A stretch of DNA of 62,968 nt, filler included. It is 3 parts of 3 records of this genome, joined end to end, with 100 filler letters (N's around TTAATTAATTAA, not from the genome) between each part and the next. Parts side by side here need not be neighbours in the genome. Positions count along the whole stretch, not along the records: positions 1 to 23,176 come from DRR378314_64; 2 more parts are not named here. One strand, written 5' to 3'. Position 1 is the first letter of the stretch; each line of letters opens with the position of its first letter. A program made the position numbers and the translations under genes. Positions 9,096 to 19,205 of this stretch are shown one piece after another. A model generated the notes under the pieces. That model was given only the letters and a program-made list of their open reading frames with translations. It was not told the DNA's origin and did not search any database.

Positions 9096-9713
9096 ATGAG
9101 CTTGTTGGAAAATGGAAATCAAAACGCACCGTGTAAGCTGATTTTGGCGCATGGGGCCGGTGCCCCCATGGATAGCCCGTTTATGATCTATTTTGCAGAA
9201 CAGCTGGCGGGTGATGACCTACATGTTATTCGGTTTGAATTTCCCTATATGGCCGCCCGGCGTCTTGAGGGCAAGAAACGACCACCAGACCGGCAACCCA
9301 AGCTACTGGAGGCGTGGTCAGAAATGATCGAAAAATTTGGTCCGGCTGATCATCTGATGATTGGCGGCAAATCCATGGGTGGGCGAATGGCATCGCTGAT
9401 TGCTGCTGAAAAACAGGTCAAAGGCCTTGTGTGCCTTGGGTATCCATTTCATGCGCCGGGAAAACAGGATAAACCCCGAATAGACCATCTTCAAACCCTT
9501 CAAACACCCACATTGATCGTCCAGGGGGAACGCGACAGTATGGGATCCAAAGAGACGGTTGACGGATACGTTCTGGATAAGCGGATCCAGTATTTCTGGG
9601 TCCCGGATGGGGATCACAGTTTTAAGCCGCGAAAAAAGTCTGGCTATACAGAAGCACAGAATTGGGCCACAGCCGTTGAAGCGGTGAAGTCTTTTGTGGC
9701 CTCTTTACCCTAG
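9096..9713 (+). CDS. Alpha/beta hydrolase (dienelactone hydrolase / KANSL3-like)
   Basis: LAHGAGA, GGKSMGG nucleophile elbow, QGERD, DGDHS. Confidence 0.88.
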   Translation: MSLLENGNQNAPCKLILAHGAGAPMDSPFMIYFAEQLAGDDLHVIRFEFPYMAARRLEGKKRPPDRQPKLLEAWSEMIEKFGPADHLMIGGKSMGGRMASLIAAEKQVKGLVCLGYPFHAPGKQDKPRIDHLQTLQTPTLIVQGERDSMGSKETVDGYVLDKRIQYFWVPDGDHSFKPRKKSGYTEAQNWATAVEAVKSFVASLP

Positions 9714-10261
9714 CCTGCCGGGGCCAGAATTCGGGTTTTTCCGGTGCCGCTGTCGCCGCCGTGCACAACCGCCTGCCCAAGTGCGTTGAGGATCGGCCTG
9801 GCCCGCTGAAACGCATCTGGTGTACCACCAGCGGAAATTTCCAGGGAGTCAACCGCTGAGGCGACATCTTCCCCGGTTATGGCCGCGTCAACCCAATGGA
9901 CCCCATGTTTGTTTGCTTCTGCTGTGAACTGTTTGGCGTCGGCGTCGGCTGCTGGGCTCATGTCAATGACGGTCGTTCCTTTTTTCAGGAGGGTGAGCAG
10001 AGCACCTTCTCCTTCCAGAAGATCAGACCGGTCAACGGGATTGGAAAGGGTCAGGACCAGCACGCCGTCATCGAGTTTGCTGACAATCTCTTTTGCTGAG
10101 GCGCAAAGGCTGATCCCGTTTCTGGCGGCCTCATATCTGGCAGAAGACAGGCCTTGAAAGGCATAAACCTCTGCCCCGGCTTTTCGGGTTTTAATCGCCA
10201 ATTTTTTGCCAAGCGGTCCCAGGCCGATGAACCCCACAACAGATCCACGGAGTGTATTCAT
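9710..10261 (-). CDS. Stand-alone NAD(P)-binding domain of the beta-hydroxyacid dehydrogenase family (C-terminally short)
   Basis: VGFIGLGPLG Rossmann motif, VIDMS, WVDAAITG, ISAGG; ends at 183 aa. Confidence 0.7.
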   Translation of the reverse strand: MNTLRGSVVGFIGLGPLGKKLAIKTRKAGAEVYAFQGLSSARYEAARNGISLCASAKEIVSKLDDGVLVLTLSNPVDRSDLLEGEGALLTLLKKGTTVIDMSPAADADAKQFTAEANKHGVHWVDAAITGEDVASAVDSLEISAGGTPDAFQRARPILNALGQAVVHGGDSGTGKTRILAPAG

Positions 10262-10354
10262 AGTTTCCCCCTGTTTAGTTTTTTATTATTTAGGATAATA
10301 TTATAAACAGGGGCGAGTTTCTACAGTTATGTTACGGGTTGGATTTTTCGGGTG

Positions 10355-10762
10355 TTAAAGCCGGGTATAGCGGGTCGCGGCACCGCGCTCAATGGCAGCC
10401 GCCGTCAGGCGATCCACATCCAGGCCATGGCGCAGGATCTCCAGCATCCGCAATTCTTCCTGGCTCAACTGACCGTCTGAAACGGCAACATCACAGGCGA
10501 GCGCATAGGCAGTGTCATAAATTTTCCGCGGCAGGACCGCCCGGATTTTTGACACCATGCTGGTCAGATCCGCTTCACCCCGCAGCAGTTCCATGCTGCT
10601 TCTGGCATCGTCCGGCAGATGTTCCTGATCGTATTCCTTGAAGATGGGAAGCTTTTTCACAATTTGGCCAATCGTTGTGAATTCACTGTCTGTCATATCC
10701 CCGTCTGAGGCCGAGACCATAACCATTGTGGAAATCAGCGCTGTGTGCAGAGTAAGTGACAT
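10355..10762 (-). CDS. TerB-family (tellurite resistance-like) protein
   Basis: SASDGDMTDSE and AVSDGQLSQEE repeated xDGxxxxxE motifs. Confidence 0.85.
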   Translation of the reverse strand: MSLTLHTALISTMVMVSASDGDMTDSEFTTIGQIVKKLPIFKEYDQEHLPDDARSSMELLRGEADLTSMVSKIRAVLPRKIYDTAYALACDVAVSDGQLSQEELRMLEILRHGLDVDRLTAAAIERGAATRYTRL

Positions 10763-10810
10763 TGTTTCTTCATCTCCTAAAATTCATTTATGTCTACAAG
10801 GATATGGGGT

Positions 10811-13600
10811 TCACCTGGCTTTATCCAATGAAATTTTTTGTAGTTCACTTTCTTTTTCGCCAAGGAAGTTTCGGGTCAGCGCGATAGCATCCCTTAATCC
10901 GACCCGCTCGATCGGGACATCTGGCGGAAATGCGCTGGTTAGCCGGGTCGGCATCATACTGTCCAGCATAACGAAAACGCCAAAATCACTGTCCCTGCGC
11001 AGCAGTCGTCCATAAGCCTGCTTTAACTTGAACCGGGTCAGCATGTCATCATAGCGGTTGCCGCCAAATGCTGCTTTGCGGGCTTTATGCTTCAAGTCGG
11101 GGCGAGGCCAGGGAACCCGGTCGAAGACAAGTAGGCGCAAAGATCGGCCGGGCACATCAACGCCGTCCCGGACCGCATCAGTTCCCAACAGGACCGAATT
11201 TTCCTCCTCGCGGAAAATATCCACCAGGGTCGCGGTATTCATGGCGTCCTGATGCTGGGCATAAAGATCAATGCCGTTTTCAGCAAGCGGCCCAATAATG
11301 TTTTTATAGACTTCCCGAAGACGCCAGATGGCAGTGAAAAGACCTAGCCCGCCCCCTTTGGAGGCCAGAAACAGCTCCCGATATGCGCTGGCCACTTCGC
11401 GGATGTGGTCCCGGCGAACATCCGTGACCACAATGATCCGGGTCTGCTCCTTGAACTTAAACGGGGATGACAGGCGGGTGCGCTTGGGCGGCAGGATCAA
11501 ATGGGACGCTCCGGTTCTTAAATCCGCACTTTGCCAGTCCAGATCTTCTTCGGATTGATCGCGCAATGTGGCTGAGGTGATCACCGCACCATGGGAGGGC
11601 TTGAGCAGGGTTTCCGCGAACGGTTTCGTCGGGTCGATCCAGCTTCGATAATACCCCAGATCCACATCGCGCCCGCCAGACCGTTCAATGCCCAGCCAGT
11701 CGACGAAGCTATCCGGGGTGGCCTCCTCCAGGTCTTTCAGGATCGATTGCCAGGGTTTGATGACCATGGTCGTTCGCCGGCTCAGACCCTGCACCGCTGC
11801 TTCAATGCGTTGGCGGTTGGCACTGTCCAATTCCTCCGCATCGTCTTCCAGTTTTTTGATCAGTGCTTTTGCCAGGTTCATCAGCGGATTTGCCAGATCC
11901 CCAAGGGCGCGCTCCAGCTCTTTGGCCGCGACTAGGGCTTCGGGCGTAAATTCGGTTGCCGGGCATTCGATGGAATAGGGGGTGTCCGGCGTGTGTGTTC
12001 TGGCTTTGACCAACTGGCGGATCTGCAGCAGAAAATTCTCCATCGGACCTTTGGGAAGGCCGTCTTCGATGCGTTTTTGCCATCCTTCACCGGTCAGGGC
12101 TCTGGCCGCCTGAATGGCATCCTGCAAGTGTTTAAGATTTTCGTCGTCTTCACCGATCAAGTCGGAAATCCGCTTTTCAAGACCCCGCATGCGGCCTTTA
12201 CGCGCGGTGTCACTTCCGGCGATCCAGCGGCGAAGTTCGGCGCCTTCCATTCCCGTAAGATGGGCCGCAAACGCGCTGTCCGCCGCATCAAACAGGTGAT
12301 GCCCTTCGTCAAATACGTGGCGTTTGGGAAGCTGTGGATCATCCGGACGGGCGGCGGCATTGATCATGACAAGCGCATGATTGGCAATGACAATTTCTGC
12401 CTTTCTGGCCTTGCGGGTCGATTTTTCAATAAAGCATTTTTTATAGTGGCTGCACGCGGAATAGATACATTCTCCCCGCCGGTCGGCCAGCCGGGTAATC
12501 CGCCCGCTTCCCGTCAGATCCATTAGCCAGCCGGGCAGGTCGCCGCCAATATCCCCATCCCGTGTTGCCAGTAACCAGCGGGCGATAATGCCAAGAATGA
12601 TTTTGTCCTGGGGTCTGGCGGCACCGCCTTGCAGCGCTTCTTCATAATTGAGCAGGCAGACATAATTCTCCCGGCCTTTTCGAATGACGGTTTTGGCTTC
12701 TTTTTCCGCCTTGTCGGGAAACAGGCTGTCCAGCTCTTCATCGATCTGGCGCTGCAGGTTCTTTGTGTAGGTGGAAATCCAGACGGCGGCGCCATTTTTC
12801 TCCGCCCAAAGGCTTGCAGGTGCAATATAGCCCAGGGTTTTCCCCGTCCCCGTTCCGGCTTCGGCAAGCACTATATGGGGCTGATCTTCCTTGTCGCGCG
12901 GAATGAAGGCGCCTGCGGCGGCGGCGGTGAAGTCAGATTGCTGGGGTCTTTCTTCGGCATCCACATGCAGCAATTCCCGCAGACGATGACGGGCTTCCAT
13001 TTCACTGACGGAAATATCATCCGGCGGCGGGTCGGGGGCAAAGTCGGGCCATTCCTTCAAGGATTTCCAGACATCCAGACCGCCGTATGGTCCCCCGCCC
13101 TCCACCAGCCCGAGGGCGGCCAGAACGCTCGGCCCCCAGTTCCAACCGGCCCGGGCCATGCTCATGGCGATCCGGCTGGCGCTTTTTTTGTCGGCTTGGG
13201 GTAACTTCGTCAGCAGGCCCAGCAGCAGGTTCATCGCCTCAAACAAGGTCATCGCTTGATCTTCGAGCGAGGCGGGCAGTTCCAGATCAAGGGCCCTTGC
13301 CAGACCCCGGGGGGTCGGCAGGCAGGGGCGCGCCGGACAAACAAATGCGTAGAGTTCCAGAATATCAAACGCGGTAAACGGATTAAGATCCAGTTTTCGG
13401 GCAACGGCCAACCGATGGATGAGGAGCGGCGGCTCTTTGGGGATGCGAAGGCGGGTTGCCGCGATTGATTCTTCCTCAATCTCCCCATCTGTACTGAGCC
13501 AGGTTGTTTTATTGCCAGCAGTTACCAGGACAGGGGCTTGGGGCAGGCGAATTTCCCCGCCGGTGGCTGTATTTCCCGCATCTTCAGTGTTTTCTGACAT
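10811..13600 (-). CDS. DinG/YoaA-family ATP-dependent DNA helicase
   Basis: EAGTGTGKT, KGRENYVC plus CIYSACSHYKKC (Fe-S cysteines), DEGHH, TSATL, GVDVPG, QAYGRLLR. Confidence 0.92.
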   Translation of the reverse strand: MSENTEDAGNTATGGEIRLPQAPVLVTAGNKTTWLSTDGEIEEESIAATRLRIPKEPPLLIHRLAVARKLDLNPFTAFDILELYAFVCPARPCLPTPRGLARALDLELPASLEDQAMTLFEAMNLLLGLLTKLPQADKKSASRIAMSMARAGWNWGPSVLAALGLVEGGGPYGGLDVWKSLKEWPDFAPDPPPDDISVSEMEARHRLRELLHVDAEERPQQSDFTAAAAGAFIPRDKEDQPHIVLAEAGTGTGKTLGYIAPASLWAEKNGAAVWISTYTKNLQRQIDEELDSLFPDKAEKEAKTVIRKGRENYVCLLNYEEALQGGAARPQDKIILGIIARWLLATRDGDIGGDLPGWLMDLTGSGRITRLADRRGECIYSACSHYKKCFIEKSTRKARKAEIVIANHALVMINAAARPDDPQLPKRHVFDEGHHLFDAADSAFAAHLTGMEGAELRRWIAGSDTARKGRMRGLEKRISDLIGEDDENLKHLQDAIQAARALTGEGWQKRIEDGLPKGPMENFLLQIRQLVKARTHTPDTPYSIECPATEFTPEALVAAKELERALGDLANPLMNLAKALIKKLEDDAEELDSANRQRIEAAVQGLSRRTTMVIKPWQSILKDLEEATPDSFVDWLGIERSGGRDVDLGYYRSWIDPTKPFAETLLKPSHGAVITSATLRDQSEEDLDWQSADLRTGASHLILPPKRTRLSSPFKFKEQTRIIVVTDVRRDHIREVASAYRELFLASKGGGLGLFTAIWRLREVYKNIIGPLAENGIDLYAQHQDAMNTATLVDIFREEENSVLLGTDAVRDGVDVPGRSLRLLVFDRVPWPRPDLKHKARKAAFGGNRYDDMLTRFKLKQAYGRLLRRDSDFGVFVMLDSMMPTRLTSAFPPDVPIERVGLRDAIALTRNFLGEKESELQKISLDKAR

Positions 13601-13686
13601 TTAGGGGCCCTAATTCCGCTCGTCGTCGTTGACGTTGTCACTTTGTACGCCTAAATTCCGCCGACCACAATTATTGGAGAGTAAAA

Positions 13687-15276
13687 ATGTCATCGGATGC
13701 TGAAATCGCATTGTCAAGTAACTCCTGGGCGTTTGCCGAGGCGAAAAAGCTTGTTGATCGTTATGCGAAGGAAGCGCCCAAGAAGGGATATGTCCTTTTC
13801 GAGACCGGCTATGGTCCATCGGGGCTGCCACATCTTGGCACCTTTGGCGAAGTGGCACGGACCTCATGGGTGCGTCACGCTTTCTCCCTGCTGTCTGACA
13901 TTCCAACAAAGCTGATCGCGTTTTCCGATGATATGGATGGCCTTCGCAAGGTCCCGGATAACATCCCAAATCCGGAGCTGCTGCAAGCCAATCTGGAAAA
14001 ACCGCTGACAGATGTGCCTGATCCTTTTGGCACCCATAACAGTTTCGGGGAGCATAACAATGCGCGCCTTATTGCGTTTTTGGATCAGTTCGGTTTTGAC
14101 TATGAATTTAAATCCTCCACGGACGCCTATAAATCCGGCGAATTTGATGAAACCCTGAAACTGGTTCTGGAAAAGTATGAGCAGGTCATCAATGTGATTT
14201 TGCCAACTTTAGGGCCGGAACGCCAGGCGACCTATTCACCGTTTTTGCCTGTCTGCCCGCGCACGGGCAAGGTGCTGCAGGTGCCGATTATCGCCCGCGA
14301 TGTGGCGGCGGCAACCGTAACCTATAAGGATCCGGAAACCGATGAAGACATAACGGTTCCGGTTACTGGTGGTCATTGTAAATTGCAGTGGAAAGTCGAC
14401 TGGGCGATGCGGTGGCATGCGCTGGACGTAGACTATGAAATGGCCGGTAAGGATCTGATCGAAAGCGTCACCCTGTCCAGCAAGATTGTCCGCATTCTTG
14501 GCAAGCAACCACCAGAGGGCTTTAATTATGAGCTGTTCCTGGACGCGGAAGGCAAGAAAATCTCCAAATCCAAAGGCAATGGCATCACCATTGAAGAATG
14601 GCTGACCTATGCGTCTCCGGAAAGTCTGGCCCTTTATATGTACCAGAACCCGAAGAAGGCGAAACGTCTGCATTTCGATGTCATCCCCAAAGCCGTCGAT
14701 GAATATTATACCTTCTTGCAGAAATTCCCGACGCTGGAGCCAAAACAGCAATATGGCAATCCGGTCTGGCATCTGCATAACGGCAACCCGCCGGCGGCCA
14801 ATATGCCGATTTCATTTGGCATGCTGCTGAACCTGGCGGCTGTTGTGAACGCTGATGAAAAATCCGTTCTGTGGGGGTTTATTACCCGCTACGCCGATGG
14901 CGCGACACCGCAAAATAATCCAGAGCTGGATCAGTTGGTTGGCTATGCCATTTCCTACTATCGGGATTTCGTCAAACCGGCCAAGCAATACCGTCTGCCA
15001 AACGCGCAGGAAAGCGCTGCCATGAAACAGCTGGTGGGCCTGTTAAAGGGCGCAGATCAGGAAACGCCAGCTTCGGATATCCAGAATATGGTTTTCCAGG
15101 TTGGCAATGATCAGGAATTTGAGAACTTGCGTGACTGGTTCAAGGCGCTTTATGAAACCCTGCTTGGCCAATCACAGGGTCCGCGCATGGGCTCTTTCAT
15201 TTCCCTTTACGGGATTGAGGAAACCATCTCCCTTATCGAGCGGGTTCTCGCCGGCGAGGATCTCGGCGCGGAATAA
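13687..15276 (+). CDS. lysS: Lysine--tRNA ligase, class I
   Basis: [14 protein letters not shown] (HIGH-like), KISKSKGN (KMSKS-like), GPRMGSF. Confidence 0.95.
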   Translation: MSSDAEIALSSNSWAFAEAKKLVDRYAKEAPKKGYVLFETGYGPSGLPHLGTFGEVARTSWVRHAFSLLSDIPTKLIAFSDDMDGLRKVPDNIPNPELLQANLEKPLTDVPDPFGTHNSFGEHNNARLIAFLDQFGFDYEFKSSTDAYKSGEFDETLKLVLEKYEQVINVILPTLGPERQATYSPFLPVCPRTGKVLQVPIIARDVAAATVTYKDPETDEDITVPVTGGHCKLQWKVDWAMRWHALDVDYEMAGKDLIESVTLSSKIVRILGKQPPEGFNYELFLDAEGKKISKSKGNGITIEEWLTYASPESLALYMYQNPKKAKRLHFDVIPKAVDEYYTFLQKFPTLEPKQQYGNPVWHLHNGNPPAANMPISFGMLLNLAAVVNADEKSVLWGFITRYADGATPQNNPELDQLVGYAISYYRDFVKPAKQYRLPNAQESAAMKQLVGLLKGADQETPASDIQNMVFQVGNDQEFENLRDWFKALYETLLGQSQGPRMGSFISLYGIEETISLIERVLAGEDLGAE

Positions 15277-15297
15277 TGGAACCTTCGAAGACGATAG

Positions 15298-15325
15298 AAA
15301 AGGCTGCTCTTTAGCGGCCTTTTTT
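15298..15325 (+). terminator. Intrinsic terminator after lysS
   Basis: AAAAGGCTGCT-CTTT-AGCGGCC followed by a T tract. Confidence 0.8.
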
Positions 15326-15337
15326 AAGGCTGTGATA

Positions 15338-15378
15338 TTGACATTTGGCGTAAAATACTAAATATAATGACAAATGTC
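15338..15378 (+). promoter_or_regulatory. Sigma70-type promoter with inverted-repeat operator for the TA operon
   Basis: TTGACA (15338-15343) and TATAAT (15363-15368), 19-bp spacer. GACATTTG (15340-15347) and CAAATGTC (15371-15378) form an inverted repeat. Confidence 0.65.
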
Positions 15379-15395
15379 TTTTTCGGAGAGAGGTC

Positions 15396-15809
15396 ATGGC
15401 TAATCTAAAACTTGTCGAACAAACCGCCCCTTTTATGGGTAAGGGCTTTTCTGCTGATGAAGTGCGTGCCATGCAAAAAGCCATGGTGCAGCTTGCCGTC
15501 CGCTGGGATCTGACCGATGAGCAGATGGCGATCCTGTTGGGCGATATCTCGAAACGGACCTTTGCCCGTTGGAAGGAAGGAAAATTTGGCCGGGCCGGTG
15601 TCGATACCTGCGCCCGGATGTCCAATTTGTTGGGGATCCACAAAGCACTTCGGTTGTTGTTTAAGGATGCTGCACGCGGATATGGCTGGATCAAACGGGA
15701 CAATGATGCCCTGGGTGGGCGCACAGCTTTGTCTGTGATGTTGGATGGTCAGCTCACCGATATTATGCGCGTTCGCCAGTATCTGGATGGGCAGCGCGCA
15801 CCGTGGTAA
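15396..15809 (+). CDS. Xre/MbcA/ParS-type antitoxin
   Basis: HTH-like segment (LTDEQMAILLGDISKRTFARWK), RMSNLLGIHKALRLLF, W...N..LGGRTAL...VRQYLD C-terminal domain; overlaps the RES gene. Confidence 0.9.
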   Translation: MANLKLVEQTAPFMGKGFSADEVRAMQKAMVQLAVRWDLTDEQMAILLGDISKRTFARWKEGKFGRAGVDTCARMSNLLGIHKALRLLFKDAARGYGWIKRDNDALGGRTALSVMLDGQLTDIMRVRQYLDGQRAPW

Positions 15810-16501
15810 CTCAGCGTCAAAGCCATGTGCAATGGGTGCAAACCTTTCGGCTGATCAATTCGGCTCATCCTCCGATCAGCCTTTTTGAAGATATTGCGGA
15901 TCCTGAAGACTGGGAACTGCTGGGCTCGGCTGAAAGTAAAACCAACCCACGGATTTCCGAAACCATTGGCAATTTAGATCTGGTGCCCATGGATCGCCGG
16001 GTTGGCGGGCCGGGGGCCTCCTATCTGATGGCGCCCTTTACCCATGTCAGTCCTGAGGTGCAGGGTCGGTTTCATGATGGCACTTACGGTGCTTACTATG
16101 CGGCTGATTGTTTTGCGGCCGCGGTTGCTGAAACGGTTTTTCACACGGCCAGGTTTTTACACGCCACATCGGAGCTGCCGGGTTGGGTTGCCGACAAAAG
16201 AGAGCTGATCGGCGCAGTGGACGCCCATCTGATTGATGTTCGAAACGGGCCTGCAGAAGTCCTGGACCCTGACAGTTATGCGGCTTCTCAGCGATTTGCA
16301 CGTCATGTGAAAGACGAGGGGGCCAACGGGATCGTTTATCCCAGCGTTCGGCATGAGGGAAGCGCGTGTGTCGCGGTATTTTATCCGGATGTGGTCAGCA
16401 TCCCAAAACAGGGTCGGCATCTGAGCTATCACTGGAATGGCTCAGAAATTGATCTGATCCGTGACTATTCATCCGGTCAGGTCTACCGACTGGAACATTA
16501 A
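15803..16501 (+). CDS. RES-domain toxin (NAD+ phosphorylase / ADP-ribosyltransferase family)
   Basis: Conserved R (TFRLI), E (AVAET), S (YPSVR), plus GRFHDGTYGAYYAA and YAASQ. Confidence 0.9.
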   Translation: MVTQRQSHVQWVQTFRLINSAHPPISLFEDIADPEDWELLGSAESKTNPRISETIGNLDLVPMDRRVGGPGASYLMAPFTHVSPEVQGRFHDGTYGAYYAADCFAAAVAETVFHTARFLHATSELPGWVADKRELIGAVDAHLIDVRNGPAEVLDPDSYAASQRFARHVKDEGANGIVYPSVRHEGSACVAVFYPDVVSIPKQGRHLSYHWNGSEIDLIRDYSSGQVYRLEH

Positions 16502-16531
16502 AAAAGGCCACATAATCAGTGGCCTTTTTTT
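16500..16531. terminator. Bidirectional intrinsic terminator
   Basis: AAAAAAGGCCAC-ATAATCA-GTGGCCTTTTTTT between convergent genes. Confidence 0.85.
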
Positions 16532-16554
16532 GGGTCGATTTTACGCGCGTCAGA

Positions 16555-17403
16555 TTAGAAAATCTGGTTGGCTTTGGAAAATTCCATATACATATCGTGC
16601 AGCTTGCGAGCGACGGGACCGGGCTGAAATTCCTTGTCTCCGATCCGGGTGACGGGCATGACCTTGCCGTAGTTGCCGCTGTTGAAAACTTCATCAGCGT
16701 TCAGAATATCTTCCGGGCTGAGGAAGGTTTGAGAGACCTCAATACCTGCTTCATTACAGAGCTTGATCACCCGTGAGCGGGTAATGCCGGCAAGGAAGCA
16801 GCCAGTGGGGGCCGGCGTAAAGGCAACACCGTCTTTCATCATCCAGATGTTGGATGTGGCAAATTCGGCCACATTATTATTGGCATCCATCATGATGGCA
16901 TTGTCAAAGCCTGCATTTCGGGCGGCGGCAATGGCCCGCCCGGAGTTGGGATAAAGGCAGGACGCTTTTGCATTGGTTGGGGCCATGTTGCTGGCCGGGC
17001 GCCGGAAAGCGGAAAAATGCGCCGTGAAACCGGCTTTGGCATCGGGCATGGGGCTGTCATATACGGCCAGCACAAATTCCGCTGTTGCTGGATCCGGGTC
17101 AATAAACCCGCCCCGGGCAAAATACATGGGGCGGATATAAAGCTCAGATTCTTTGGGCAGCTTTTTAATTGCCGTTTTGCAAAGTTCAATAATCTCGCCC
17201 GTTTCCAGAGTGGGCGTCATGCCAAGAGCTTCCGCCGAGCGTCCAAGACGTTCGCAATGCAGATCCAGATCAGGGGCCATCCCCTGGTAAGATCTGGCAC
17301 CGTCAAAAACGGATGATGACATCCAAAAAGCATGATCGCCTGGCCCGGTAATGCGGGGGCTTTCGTCATACCAGTCACCGTTATAAAAGTAGACACCAGC
17401 CAT
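16555..17403 (-). CDS. Class IV PLP aminotransferase (branched-chain amino acid aminotransferase-like)
   Basis: SSVFDGAR, LYIRPM, AKASCLYPN (PLP Lys), EFATSN, LAGITR. Confidence 0.9.
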   Translation of the reverse strand: MAGVYFYNGDWYDESPRITGPGDHAFWMSSSVFDGARSYQGMAPDLDLHCERLGRSAEALGMTPTLETGEIIELCKTAIKKLPKESELYIRPMYFARGGFIDPDPATAEFVLAVYDSPMPDAKAGFTAHFSAFRRPASNMAPTNAKASCLYPNSGRAIAAARNAGFDNAIMMDANNNVAEFATSNIWMMKDGVAFTPAPTGCFLAGITRSRVIKLCNEAGIEVSQTFLSPEDILNADEVFNSGNYGKVMPVTRIGDKEFQPGPVARKLHDMYMEFSKANQIF

Positions 17404-17583
17404 AACAAAAATCCTAAAATGTGGGTGAAATAAAATTTCGTAGCCTTACCCATATCAGAAGACACTGTGCTTTCGCAAGTCACCTTAATTCGATCTGAGA
17501 AAGGGCATACAGATCCCTGTTCATTTGAAATCAGATCGGCTAAGTTCCGCTCACCCTTTTCAAAGCGGCAGCAAGGAACCATC

Positions 17584-17931
17584 ATGACCACAATCTTTCA
17601 TATGGCGGATCAGGACACATGGGACGCGGCGATCAAAACCGGCTTATATGCTGGAACGGAAAATGATCAGGCTGATGGCTTTATCCATTTTTCAACTGCC
17701 GAAACTGTTGTTGAAAGCGCGGCCAAACACCGGGCCGGCGTTAAAGGTCTCCTCCTGATCGCGGTTGATGCAGATGCCCTGGGGACTGATCTGAAATGGG
17801 AGGAAGCGCGCGGCGGTGTTTTGTTCCCCCATTTATATGCAAATTTGAAAACCGATCTCGTCTCCTCCGTCACCGCCTTGCCGCTGGGTTCCGATGGGCG
17901 GCATCAGTTCCCGGATCTGGAGGGGCTTTGA
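17584..17931 (+). CDS. DUF952 family protein
   Basis: IFH, DGFIHFST, LKWE, FPHLY motifs; translationally coupled (TGATG) to pyrD. Confidence 0.88.
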   Translation: MTTIFHMADQDTWDAAIKTGLYAGTENDQADGFIHFSTAETVVESAAKHRAGVKGLLLIAVDADALGTDLKWEEARGGVLFPHLYANLKTDLVSSVTALPLGSDGRHQFPDLEGL

Positions 17932-18995
17932 TGGGCGGCATCTATTCTGCGGGGTCCCGCCTTTTGTTCGCTCTGGATCCTGAAAAAGCACATAACCTGT
18001 CACTGACGGCTTTGAAATCGGGCCTGCTGCCGCGCAAACCAGCCGCCCTTGATCCGGTGTTGAAAACCAGCTTATTAGGGCTTGATTTTGCCAATCCCAT
18101 TGGGCTGTCTGCAGGCTATGATAAAAATGGCGATGTGCTGGATGCACTGCTCGGTCTTGGTTTTGGCTTTGTCGAGGCGGGCAGCGTTACCCCCAGAGCG
18201 CAGCCCGGTAATCCGAAGCCGCGGATTTTTCGCCTGACCGACGATAAGGCTGTGATCAACCGGCTCGGGTTTAATAACCAGGGACTGGACACCGCGATCC
18301 AGAATTTCTCGGCTCCCCGGCGGGCCGGTATCGTTGGGGCTAATCTGGGGGCAAATAAAGACAGCACGGATCGGATCGCCGATTATGTGACGGGTTTGAA
18401 GGCGCTTGCGCCTCTTGCTGATTATGTGACGGTCAATATTTCCTCCCCCAACACACCGGGCCTTCGCGCCCTGCAAGGGCGGGGGGAGTTGGAGGATCTG
18501 TTGGGCCGGGTTCTGGCCGCACGGTCAGAACTGCCCCTGCAGGCTGATCAGGCAAAACCGATCCTGCTGAAAATTGCCCCTGACCTCACGGATGAGGATA
18601 AAGAGGATATCGCCGCCGTTGCCAAAGCAGTCGGTCTGGATGGCCTGATCGCCACCAACACGACCATCACGCGTCCCGACAGTTTGAAAAATGCTCAGAA
18701 ATCTGAAATCGGTGGCCTTAGCGGGCGCCCGATTAAAGCCCTGTCTCTTGCCGTGGTGAAGGATATGTATGCGCTGACTGACGGGCAGATCCCGATTGTC
18801 GGGGTTGGCGGTATTGAAACGGCGGAGGATGCTTACGCACGCATTCGGGCTGGCGCTTCGCTGATCCAGTTTTATTCCGCCATGGTTTATCAGGGGCCCT
18901 ATCTTGCCTACGAAATTGCCACGGGACTGGCAAAACTTCTCAAAGCCGATGGTTTTTCATCTGTGTCGGCGGCTGTCGGTCAAGACAGGTTATGA
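17931..18995 (+). CDS. pyrD: Dihydroorotate dehydrogenase (quinone), class 2
   Basis: LDPEKAH, NPIGLSAGYDK, NRLGFN, VNISSPNTPGLR, LKIAPD, GGLSG. Confidence 0.96.
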   Translation: MGGIYSAGSRLLFALDPEKAHNLSLTALKSGLLPRKPAALDPVLKTSLLGLDFANPIGLSAGYDKNGDVLDALLGLGFGFVEAGSVTPRAQPGNPKPRIFRLTDDKAVINRLGFNNQGLDTAIQNFSAPRRAGIVGANLGANKDSTDRIADYVTGLKALAPLADYVTVNISSPNTPGLRALQGRGELEDLLGRVLAARSELPLQADQAKPILLKIAPDLTDEDKEDIAAVAKAVGLDGLIATNTTITRPDSLKNAQKSEIGGLSGRPIKALSLAVVKDMYALTDGQIPIVGVGGIETAEDAYARIRAGASLIQFYSAMVYQGPYLAYEIATGLAKLLKADGFSSVSAAVGQDRL

Positions 18996-19193
18996 GTGAG
19001 AAAAAACCTCTTCATTCTCATCGTCATATTTCACGTTATTGAGCTTTAACACCTCGGCGATCGCAGTGAATTCCGCCGCCGTTTTCACTTCGATCAATTT
19101 GGTCTCATTCGCGGCCGTGGACAGGATGATTTTGCCCGTGTCGCTCTTGTGAAACCAGGTAAGTGCATATCGGCTGATGTCATGAATGGCCAT
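18990..19193 (-). CDS. Small hypothetical protein (67 aa)
   Basis: ATG preceded by AAGGGAAAAGG, 12 nt after the stop of the lipoprotein gene; protein-like composition. Confidence 0.65.
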   Translation of the reverse strand: MAIHDISRYALTWFHKSDTGKIILSTAANETKLIEVKTAAEFTAIAEVLKLNNVKYDDENEEVFSHS

Positions 19194-19205
19194 TGACCTT
19201 TTCCC

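Noticed and set aside
10355-13600. DinG + TerB as a defence system (for example type IV CRISPR-associated DinG)
   Set aside because: No cas genes or array are present; composition matches the host and the context next to lysS is housekeeping.
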